Assembly: GCA_965153285.1 (NCBI GenBank)
Contig: OZ229111.1
Source of the DNA: Podarcis tiliguerta
Taxonomy: Eukaryota
Length of the DNA: 64,000 nucleotides
Strand: one strand, 5' to 3'
The notes under the pieces are model-generated. The model was given only the letters and a program-made list of their open reading frames with translations. It did not search any database and was not told the origin of the DNA. Shown here piece after piece: positions 25,228 to 36,430 of this stretch; the stretch's first letter is position 1; each line of letters starts with the position of its first letter. The position numbers were made by a program, and so were the translations under genes.

Positions 25228-28071
25228 CCAAGTGTGAACACACCATAGATTTGTATGAATGCATTATTTCTTTTCATTCTTGAGCTCTGACAAGACATTG
25301 GCTTCCACCCAGCCACATGAAATGTCAAAGTTTCAGTATTATGTTTTTGTTGTTCTCTCTTTAGTTCTGTTCTAGATAGTTAAGGTGCTAGAAGAGAGGA
25401 ATCATGACCCTAGTTACATATGTGAGGGATTTGTTAAAGTGTGGAAGGCATAGGTGAATGAGATGCATGTGCAAAGGGCAATGTCAGCTAAGGAAGTTGG
25501 ATAGATTTTTGGGAGATGAGCCAGAATTGGCTGAAATCCTGCGCAGGGAATGCGCCACACGGCAGCAGTTTGCAGCTCCTTTGTGACACTTCAAACTACC
25601 TGCCGCTGGCAATGGATTTATATCCCTACCTGAGCTGATGGCCCAGCTGAGCTTTTGCCAAGTGCTTTCTCACTGGGGAGTTTTTACAGTCCAAAGAAGC
25701 CATTTGCACATGTGCTCGGGAACCAGGCATTCAGCTGGAATTTTCTTTGAAGCTTTTCTTGCTGCAGCTCAAGCAGCCAAGAAGGCCAGCTGCTTCTGAA
25801 ATGCAGCAACAGGTTGGATTTTGAGCTGTACAAAGTAGCAAGAAAGCTCCATCTATCCACACGTCTTTGGATCACAGTCTGTGGCAGCTTGCGGGCCTCA
25901 AACTAACGTATCCAGGAATAATACCAGGGTCCTCCTGCTTAAAGATATTGAAAACAAAAGATTTGGTGTAAAAATGCAGTGTTAATTAAATAGGTCTGCT
26001 ACACAGTTATAATGTTTCTTTTGGTAAAGCTTATAAAATGTTAGTAACACTTCAACTCTTTGCGAAAGAGCTTCTGCTGTCAAATCTGTGTGATTCTTAG
26101 ATAATAATAAAATGGCTGTTTTAGCTTTCTGGGCATGTACAGAATGCCTTTCTTTCACCATCAACTAACCCCAGGATGTCTTCCAGAATGTTGGGTTACT
26201 TAGAGAACTCTCCAGGCAATCTCATTAAGCCGCCATGCATCTCTCTGTACAAGTGAGAGCGCAAGCCCCTTCACCTTATTTTCTTGAACTCTCCCTTCTG
26301 GAACACATGCTTGACTGGAATGACAACCAGGACCAGCCAGTGCAGCAGCATCCTTTCAAGGTCACATGTTTTTCTTTGGGCGCTTCCTGATTCAAAGGGT
26401 AGCTCAGCTTTTGTGTATTATGCTGTCATTTGGTTGGTGAAATTGCTCAGAATTCTTCTTTGCATCAGGCATCACTTTAACCAAGATCTGTTAATCTACA
26501 CATTATGGATTAGCCATAAACTGGCTAGTCTTGTCTTTTTCTCCAACCACATATTGCTCATTTTCCCGCCGCAGGCCTTGTCAGGGCTAATTGTGAAGAG
26601 TAGCTTGTTATATCATTCATCTTTAAGCTAGGTTTCATTCCTGATTTGGTAGGTTACACCCATTGCTCTACCCTTCTTTTCCTTTTTAAGAGAGGGAAAG
26701 ATGGAGGGAGAGAGTGAAAGAAAATAGAGATGTGTGGCAGTACATTTTCCAAAATATTCCATTCCCTTTCCCCTCTCCCTGTTGTTGTTATTGTTGTTCT
26801 TTTACCACCACAACCCCTGTCAGCATTCCATGGCTACTGAGCATGCTCAGCTTGTGTCTACACTAACCCATTTGAAGCACAAATATGTAGTTTTTCTCAA
26901 TCCAGAATCATTGATGCTCTGCCTTAATATGCTGCTTTCAATCTGGATTAATTCTAGATGCTGCTGTCCGCAAGGGTGAGTGTGGTTCCTTGATACCATC
27001 CCCACGATTAGGTTAACAACACCTTTTCTTCTCTGCACACCCCCAGGTGTACAAAGAAGGAATTGGTGACTGTAATATGCATACCCACAACATCACTGGG
27101 CAGCTGGGACCGCTTGCATCGGTATTCAGATGGACACAAGATGATACAAAATTAAATCTCCAATGAGCTTTTATTTTTGGAATGAAACCCTTTTCTCAAG
27201 AACCACTTTTTAGGGACAAAGGAATGCAAAGTAGATCTATATGGTAGGTGGACTTTGTAGAAAAAAACAAGTGCGCAATCTCCATTGATTCTGCAATAAA
27301 ATGTGTGGACGCAGCTGCCACCCACATTGAGCCATTTGGGCTCCCTCTTTCTTAGAGGGTTTCTTTCTATTATTTTAATTAATTGAAGAATTAAGCATCT
27401 TCTACAAATCTCGGGGATCTCTAAAGCCTGTTGTCAACAGACGCATCCTTCTTGCGCACAAGATAATGCCAGTTTAGCTACATAAGGCTCCACACTTGGA
27501 GATGAAGTTTGCTCATAATGCAAAGGATATGTTTACACAAACAGAGAAAGAGAGAGAGAATAAAGGGCATTCAAAGCAGGCCCTGCATTGCTGACTGAGG
27601 CTCCTGTTATGCGATACTGGCAAACGGCAGTTCATGCTTGGAAGAGAAGATCTCTAAAGAAACGGATGCATTCAGCGAGAAGAATAGTGGATGATACTGG
27701 ATCGAAGGCTTTTGTAGTAACTGGAGAACTTGGATTTCTAACCTTTCCTCCTGCAGCAAGCCTCTGCATGCTCAGGCTGTTCCAAAACATAATCTGCTGC
27801 CTTTTATTATCAAGTCTTACATTCCTGGATTTGACTCTTGGAATTAGGAATGATGGAAAACGAACCCAAAAGGTACATGTAGAAAAGCCCACTCCTGGCT
27901 CAGATTATCTCCCTTTCTGCTTCTGTGTATGGACAAGTAGATGTTCTGAAATGCCCCCCCCGGGGGGGGGGACTGCTTCCACACAGTTCTTTTAGTACCA
28001 GTCTGCACTGTTTACAGTCAACCTACATGCAGGCTTGGCAGCTTCAAAGTTAAATCGGTTATGGTTAAGAG

Positions 28072-28312
28072 CAAGAGTCAGCAACCTTTTTCAGCCATGG
28101 GCCAGTCCACCATCCGTCAGACCATGTGGTGGGCCAGACTATATTTGGGGGGAGGGGATGAACAAATTCCTATGTCCCATGAATAACCCAGAGAAATAAA
28201 AGGACACATTCTACTCATGTAAAAACACGCTGATTCCTGGACCATCCGTGGGCCGGATTGAGCAGGCAATTGGACTGCATCTTGCTCACTGGCCTTAGGT
28301 TGCCTACCCCTG
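28072..28312. mobile_element. hAT MITE
   Basis: Ends caagagtcagcaacct / aggttgcctacccctg; 8-bp TSD gttaagag / tttaagag (7/8). Confidence 0.8.
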
Positions 28313-29427
28313 TTTAAGAGAGAAGTAACATCCCAGTTACACACATATTCAGCAAAGTGAAAAGCTGGTTTAATATTGCCACCACCCCACAATCCCCAGT
28401 ATGTAATACAATGTGTAGCAGAAGACAATTTGCAGCAGTTAGCCACTAACTTCATATATGCATTTATATTATAAGTCTTTGCTATGGACACCTGCTTCTT
28501 GCAAACCAAAAGCAATAAGATACTAGCCCCTGATATCTGCATTGGTCTAGGCTTCTCTGAAGATGTTGAAAGATGTCGACCACAGCTTATGATATTGCAT
28601 AGGTTCAACGTGTCAGGTGATGAGTAACTTGAGTCAGGAGCAATGCTTTTTTTGAAACCATGTTGGTCATCCTCTTCAAACACACAAGCTGGATCCCAAA
28701 AAATCTGGACCCTAAACCAAATGCTGCAATTTGTAGGAGTTTACAGGATCTGGATGGGTGGGGAGAATTATGTTTTCACACTCTCAGTCCCTAGGAGTTC
28801 AAAGGAAAAGGAATGCAAATTGTTGCTAAAGCAGCAAATTTTAGGCAAACCACTTAAACCTCATTTAGTTGGGACCCCCCTCCCACAACATACACAGACA
28901 TGCCCAGTAATTTGGTTCGCATTCCTTTAAATCCTTAAGTTCTAATAAGGTTGGACCAGGACTTTGTCCTCAGCTCCACCTTTGCCAAGAGAAATTGGGG
29001 GTTTTTTTATGCTTGGCCAACTGTGCAGTGTTAATATTTCTGCTTCTGTTCTGACATGACTAGATGTTCTTTCTCTTTGCTTGACGAAAAGCAGAAGCCA
29101 GGCATTCCATAACTGCAGGCAGAAACGATACGTTCCCAATTCTCTACATGTGAGCTCAGCCATATAGGTAGCAAACTCCAAACCAGGAGTCAAGAAACCC
29201 AGAGGCTTTGCCCCCGTGGTTTAGAAATTATGTAGGTAGCTCTCTCTGAGGCACAAACACCATGGCAAAATCTGCTATCATATGCAGGTCAGTTGCTTTT
29301 CCATGAAGTGTAGTCACTCATTCCCCATCACACAATGGGAGAATATGTACCATTTTCTAAGGCCTGAGCAGATTCTAAAGGACAATTCAGCACATACTTT
29401 CAGGGCCCATTTGCACCACTGTAATAA

Positions 29428-29658
29428 CAGTTTGAAAGCACGTCAAAGTACAAGTAGATAAATAGGTACCGCTCCGGCGGGAAGGTGAACAGCGTTTCCG
29501 TACGCTGATCTGGTTCAGCAGAAGCGGCTTAGTCATGCTGGCCACATGACCCGGAAGCTGTACGCCGGCTCCCTCGGCCAATAAAGCGAGATGAGCGCCA
29601 CAACCCCAGAGTTGGCCACGACTGGACCTAATGGTCAGGGGTCCCTTCACCTTTACCT
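29428..29658 (+). mobile_element. 5'-truncated Sauria SINE
   Basis: aagtagataaataggtaccgc...ggggtcccttcacctttacc; reverse complement of the minus-strand copies. Confidence 0.9.
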
Positions 29659-29660
29659 AA

Positions 29661-29832
29661 TACAGTGCTGAGTGAGGACCTGGGAGGCCTGGGTTCAAAT
29701 CTCCAGTGAGACATAAAGCTTACTGGGTGACCTGAGTCAGCCACAGTCTCTCAGTATAACTTGTGTCACAGGATTATCGTAGGATAAAACTGGGGGGACA
29801 TGGATGTCTCCTTGGAGGAAAGGTGACATATC
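29661..29832 (+). mobile_element. Old MIR/CORE-like SINE
   Basis: ggacctgggaggcctgggttcaaatc (B box)...ctgggtgacct...tctctcag...tccttggaggaaagg. Confidence 0.6.
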
Positions 29833-30240
29833 GATGTGGCGATTTTGTTCTTTTGAAATGCAACAGAATCACAGAATTTCCATATATGCTCAGAAGCACC
29901 GAAACAGAATGTATTTATTTGTGAAATTTATCTGCTACGCATGCAGCATTTCCTTTTCAATCCCACTCAAAGTAAGAAAAACCAAACAAGAATTCAAAGA
30001 ATAAACATTATTTTAAAGAATACCCACCACCTTTACAAAATGGCAGCACCTGTAATTCCATTGAGGAAGCTATGACAACAAAGAGTTTGTACCACAGTCA
30101 TCTCTCGGGTACCTTACGTCAACGACCTTAATTCAGCCAGGGAAAGGATGGACTCCATAATTTACTCATCCTGGTTTAAGCAAGCCTGCTCACCTGATTT
30201 ATCCCTTTCCACCTCCCAGATCAAATTTAAGATTTACTTT

Positions 30241-30710
30241 TGTTGTTGTTTAGTCGTTTAATCGTGTCCGACTCTTCGTGACCCCATGGACCAGAGCACG
30301 CCAGGCACTCCTGTCTTCCACTGCCTCCTGCAGTTTGGTCAGACTCATGTTTGTAGCTTCCAGAACACTGTCCAACCATCTCGTCCTCTGTCGTCCCCTT
30401 CTCCTTGTTCCCTCAATCTTTCCCAACATCAGGGTCTTTTCCGGGGAGTCTTCTCTTCTCATGAGGTGGCCAAAGTATTGGAGCCTCAGCTTCAGGATCT
30501 GTCCTTCCAGTGAGCACTCAGGGCTGATTTCCTTAAGAATGGATACGTTTGATCTTCTTACAGTCCATGGGACTCTCACGAGTCTCCTCCAGCACCATAA
30601 TTCAAAAGCATCAATTCTTCAGCGATCAGCCTTCTTTATGGTCCAGCTCTCACTTCCATACATCACTACTGGGAAAGCCATGGCTTTAACTATACTATGC
30701 TTTGTTGGCA
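30241..30710 (-). mobile_element. BovB LINE 3' fragment, intact C-terminal ORF
   Basis: ORF 30250-30579(-) RVPWTVRRSNVSILKEISPECSLEGQILKLRLQYFGHLMRR...RALVHGVTKSRTRLND is the classic BovB C-terminus; (CAA)n tail. Confidence 0.93.
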
Positions 30711-31240
30711 AGGGGTCCCTTTACCTTTACCTTTTTAATCCTAGGATTTGGGAAGTGGGCAGGGAAAGCTTAGCAAGGAAGGATTCTAAGTTTCTTATAA
30801 ATCAGGAAAACACTACTAGAATCTTTTTCTGTGACTGGAAAACACTGCTTTTGAGAGGCCTTTGAGTTATGTAGAGCACACAGACACAGGACTACCTGAA
30901 TCCAATTCTGCAGTGAGCGTGGAGGACACTTCAGAGCTACAGTCAGGCGTCAGTCCATTTGTAATCCAAATTGATTGATCAACATAAACACTTTGGTGCT
31001 GGGCTTTTCAGGAGTTTAGTAATGAAGCCACTCAGGTTACCGATTAACTAGGGCAACAGCCCAATTGGAAGGATTGCCCCAGCGTTTCTAAGAGACCTAG
31101 CACTCTAGTCATTTCCCACTTGGTGATTTTCGGCAGAGGGCACAGATGTTACATTATGCCAATGCAGTGTTAGCAGCATCGATGGATGAGGGATTTGAGG
31201 ACTCTCGGCCTTTCAAAAATGTCTTTAACTCATGGTTGTA

Positions 31241-31465
31241 CAGTGGTACCTTGGGTTAAGAACTTAATTCGTTCTAGAGGTCAGTTCTTAACCCGAAACT
31301 GTTCTTAACCTGAAGCACCACTTTAGCTAATGGGGCCTCCTGCTGCTGCTGCGCCGCCGCTGCATGATTTCTGTTCTCAGCCTGAAGCAAAGTTCTTAAC
31401 CCGAGGTAATATTTCTGGGTTAGCGGAGTCTGTAACCTGAGCATATGTAACATGACATACCACTG
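31241..31465. mobile_element. Tigger-like MITE
   Basis: TA|cagtggtacct ... taccactg|TA; same family as 397-647. Confidence 0.87.
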
Positions 31466-31772
31466 TACACAGATACTTGAAAATGTGTTGAATATTGCTT
31501 CATGAATACATTTTGAGGGTCAAGCCCGCCTTCCAACACACAAAGGCTTGTTTATTTACAGTATGTAGGGCTGCATTCTTCACCCTTGTAGCTTTGAGAA
31601 ACAGTAGAGTCACCTTCACAGCTTGGCCGCACATCGTAGTGGGAGGTGGCAAGCTGGATGATCGGAGCTGATCTCTGCCCCAGCTCCAGAGTGTGAGGTC
31701 CAGTGGCTCCTGGGTTGGTTCAGCTCCACCTCTTCCCCAGGGCTTTCCACTGGATTCTGCTGGCAGGGAAAC

Positions 31773-32212
31773 TGTCAGGAGCTCGTCCTACACTCGAGTA
31801 GGACCCTGGCAGAGACACATGCCCGACTGGCATGTTCTCTCCCTCCTGGTCAATCGTTCGTTCAAAAGCTTTCTTCATCGTGAGCATCACAGTGACCGAT
31901 GCCAACAGACATCGGCACACTTAGGGATCCACAGAGTCTGCGCAGCTTGCGTAACAGACCTCAGCAACACAACATTTTGGCTAATCTACTTTATTTACAT
32001 ATAAACACACACGGAGCACTGCAACATGGCTCCCTCTCTCTCTAGCATCAGACAGCAAAGAGAAAGGACAAAGGACAATAGTCCCACTTCACGGAACACA
32101 GTAACACAAACATCCTGTCTCCGTCACTTCCCACTTTGTGGAGTCAAAACACACACCATCGTGTGACAGACAAAAATCCCATGACTGTAATCACGGAGCA
32201 GGAATACTGACA
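31773..32212 (-). mobile_element. Gypsy-type solo LTR (440 bp)
   Basis: Termini TGTCAG...CTGACA; flanks (a)aac / aac(t); minus-strand AATAAA at 31990-31995. Confidence 0.7.
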
Positions 32213-33903
32213 AACTTCTAACCTCCTGCCAAACTGCCCATTCAGTGGGGACAAAAGGCTAAGGTCACTCAGCACTGCAGGGACTGGCAGGAGACCAGCT
32301 CAGCCGAGAGAACCAAATAGAGGGACACCACCCTTCAATCCACCACTACCACCAAGTCCAGCTAAATAAAACAGTAATGTTTATGCTCTGGACATAAGTT
32401 TTCCAAATATTTTAGTCACATTGACACTTTAGATTTGTAGGTATTCATTCAAAACATCTTAGGTGTACACCTAAAAATGTGAAGTGTAGTGAAGAAGGAC
32501 AGCATGCTTATTAATAGCGAAAAAGAATTTATTTTTTTCTGTCTAAAGTGGCAAAAAATAAAAGTGTATATCTTTGGGGGAACAAAAGCTTTAGATGCTG
32601 CACCCTGCCTGTATTTCTAACCCTTTGCTTTTTATAGGAAAATGAGCAGCAGTTAAATAAGAAAGCGCATACACTCTAATTAGTTTCTCCTTAATGCCAG
32701 CTCCATGTCACTGCATCTTCCTAGATGTGCTGTGAACATGGATCCATGTCAACACATCTCACATTTGTGTGCAGGAGCAAAAGCATCACAGCTCTATTTT
32801 GGAATTAGTGCAATTAACCATTAACCACAATTGCTCTCATATCTCATTACAGGGTGTTTAACAGACCTTGTAAGGAAATCAGTGGGGTGTGTGGCATGGA
32901 CTGGAATCACAGGGCAGCCAAACAAGATCTCCCTCTAAAAGTACAACTGCCTTGTTAGGGAGCAAAACAATTAAAAGCAGGATGAGAGAAATTGGGGAAA
33001 TAAACCCCAAAGCAGGGAGGAGGGGGCGGGAAGGCAGACGTATTACTCCTGATTTAACGTGGTCATTGTGCATTATGGGAGCATCAGGAAGAGGGTGTAG
33101 GTGCCCTGTCTTCTCCCACCTAATGATTCTCCCCTGCAAATGCTTCTCCAGGCTCTTAAACCGGAATTAATTGTGGCTAGGATAAAAAAACGGTGGGAGA
33201 CATTTGCAAAGAAGAGTTTGGTAGTGGGAGGAATAAGTAGCTGCCAATTCTCCCTTGCAAATGCCCCAAAGGGGCTCCATGTAATAAGGATTAGTTGCAG
33301 AGTCTCCCAGTTCTATTCTTGTTATTCAAAAGTTCCATGATGTTTTGGGTTCTCTCCAGTTGTCTTCCAGCAAAACAATAATTTTGGGATGTTGATTTGT
33401 TAAAAAATTGTGCATCAGCCTTCACACTTGGCTCCTCACTGTACATTTTCTCTGTTTAGGGTTTTTTATTTGTTTGTTTGTTTGTTTCAGCATGTTCTTT
33501 GTATTACTCCAGCACAGAGTAAAAATTAAAAATAAGTTAATAAGAATAAAGGTGCCACATTTCAGGAAGTAACTAATTTTCTTCCTTTTTATATATTTTT
33601 AATATCTCGTACCAGCAATCCAGCAGAGTAAAAATTATTAGTTCTTTGCTTTTGTGTCATCTACTGCATTATTCTTCATCACAGCTCATATGATACCAGT
33701 TTTAGGATTCCTCTCCCTTGTGCTGTCTACCTGTCCTGTGAAGCTTCCTTTTTTACTTTTATTTATTACATTTCTATTCCACCTTTCTTACAAGGAGCTC
33801 AATCTGTTGTATATAGTTCTCCCTCTGGTGCACAATAGGCTGAGAGACAGCAAATAGTTAAAGGTCTTGTTGCAATTGCTTAAACTATTCCATTACAGCA
33901 TTT

Positions 33904-33908
<5 letters not shown>

Positions 33909-33946
<38 letters not shown>
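33909..33946. repeat. (GT)n microsatellite
   Basis: Direct observation. Confidence 0.95.
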
Positions 33947-33948
<2 letters not shown>

Positions 33949-35924
33949 TCACTCTTAATTTTGTCAGACTTCAGCTATTTAGCTTCACAGAAGCCACGGG
34001 AATTGGGATGAGAACCCTTTCAATCAGTGTTGCGATGTATTTCTGATATTTTTTTTTTCAAATGTGAGTGAGGGAAAAGTGGCAATTTCTTATTGCTCTG
34101 TTAGTTTATTTTAAAGCTTACTCACAAGTAAATGAGGTCATAAAATATAGGAGGAACACTCAGCTTCTGCAGAGCACCAAAACCGCAGTGAGTCACTTTT
34201 CGTATTACCACACAAATCTGTCTCTACCTGCCCATTCTGCTCTTGATGGAGAATTTGCCTTTAGTTTTGCTATCAAAACCAGGATCCTTGTGGTGAGCTC
34301 CCCATCCCCCATTGGGGAAGCCATGAGTGTGCCATGTGAGTCAAATGCTGTGGGTTTTCTTGCCATAATTAGCAGCCTCAATTGATATGGTTCATGGGTG
34401 GGGAAGCCCATTATGTTATGGACCTTGAGTCACACAGTCAGTTGATTTGTTTAGAATATTTATAAACCTCCCTTCACTGAAGTTGGTTTCAGGTTAGTTT
34501 CCAGGATTAAAAATATCAAAATGCAAGAAACCGTAGAGTACAAACAAGATTTGGAGCCTTTGGGCCAGGTGAGGACATTCAATATATGGGGTGCCAAGCC
34601 TGAAAGGACCTTCTCTCTAGTTCTTACCTGCTTCACTTATAACAGAGAAAAAGGAAAAGCCTCAGCTGTTGGTTTTAGATGGTGGGGAGGGTAATATGGA
34701 ATAAGATGCCTGGCCAGGAGGTTGGGACATGGCTGGCATCAGGGGGTTGGCTCCCTCAAACAGTTGTAAGGCCCACAGCTCAGTGAAGTGGCTCACTGTT
34801 GCATGCTGGGACACCCCAGCAGGTTCCTCACTGCCTGCCCATCCTGCCCAGCCTAGTGAAGAAGTTGGGGTGAAGAGAAGGAGGAACAGCAGTAGGTGCT
34901 CCCACCATTTCCTTGAGTTCCTCAGTTTGGCCTAGAGTGAGAGAAGACAGGCTGCTGTAGCAGTGAGGACAAAAAAGGACCAAAGGACCAAAACACTGGT
35001 ATGGAGGACATTAATAGCATCACATCTAATTTGGCCTTCAGTGTGTGGACTGAATACGTGTAGGAAGAGGTGGAGTTGTTGCCAGGATGCCAGCCTCCTC
35101 CTCACCTGTGTGTGCTCACGCTGCACACTTAGAACATCTGTAAGGGGCTGCTGTCAACAAGCACCTCCGGACGGTGCGTTCATTCTCTGCTCTGCATGAG
35201 TCATCCTGGCTCCGTATGTAGGACCCAATTTTGCAAAGACCTTTGGGCTGCACTTCAGAGACCACATGCTTAAGTGCTTTGCCCGAAGCTTTCTTCATGG
35301 CCGCGAAGAGGAATGCAAACATTCCTTTATAGTTTCGTTGTTGCCCTTGGGATCTTCTGCTCATGCTTAGATATAAGGATGAAATAAACAAACAGCAGCC
35401 CAGACGTGGGCTCTATGCAGAGTCCATTAAATTTGTCTTGTTGTAACACATTGTGTTCTTTGGTTTTAAACGTAGTTTATAAGCCAAATATCCATAATCC
35501 CTCAGAGGGAGAAAGTAATGAACAAGTAATGACTGCTAACTGAAGCCCTGTTCCAAATACTTACATCACAATCCCTGGAGCTGGATAGCACGTCCTGTTT
35601 TCCCATGGAATCGTCTTCTGCCTATAGCTGCTCAGCGCAACTTGCAACCTGCCAAACCAAAACCCAACTCACGTGTCTTGCATTGCTGTCGCTAGTCAAT
35701 CCCATGCCTTTTGTAGTCCCAGAGAAACAGTAATTACAAGATATAAAGCCTCTTGTAGGCTATACATGACTGATGGACTGTGCTCAGTTTGGTGGGTCAC
35801 AAGTTGCATAGGCCAGGCCTGTATAGAAGTTATGAGATTGAACTGGAATCTATGGACCAAAGGGCTAGGAGCCATGATGGCTATGTGCTCCCTGCAGCAT
35901 TGGAGGCAGATTCCCACTGAATAG

Positions 35925-36430
35925 TGTCAGGATGCCTTTCAGCGGCTCCTGTCTGGTTGCCCAGGAAAGTATAAAGACAAGGGAAAGTTTCTTACCGTTC
36001 TTTTTAATTCAATATTTACAGAGAGAGGTTATAGAACCCAGCCTCTTGGATAATGGTGATGTCCCGAGTGAATCTCCACCCCCCGTGTCTCCCATTTTCT
36101 CATTTGTCACTTCTACGGGTGCTGCTACATGCCCTCTGTCTTTGAGCTCGTTGGTCTCCTACTTTTAAGGCTCGCCAGGTTCTGAGAGATGGGAGGGTCT
36201 GGAAGGCTTTCCAATGACATTGTGTCCATCAGCTGTTGCTCCACTTCCGCCCCCTCCTCCTCCTCTCCCATTATTTCCCACCCCCCCACCCCCCGCCCTC
36301 ATCTGCCTCTGCGCTGTGACCTCCCGGAAACCACTGTTGTAAATCTATATTGTCTTCCTCTTCCTCCTCCCTGGGAGGGTCAGGATGGGGAGGCGGTCTC
36401 CACCGTTCCTCCTCTGCCCAGTCGCTGACA
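35925..36430 (-). mobile_element. Gypsy-type solo LTR (506 bp) with perfect 5-bp TSD
   Basis: AATAG|TGTCAG ... CTGACA|AATAG; minus strand has a GC box, TTAAAA TATA-like element and ATTAAA poly(A) signal in U3-R order. Confidence 0.85.

Noticed and set aside
30278-30865. 195-aa + strand ORF
   Set aside because: Antisense frame of the BovB fragment.
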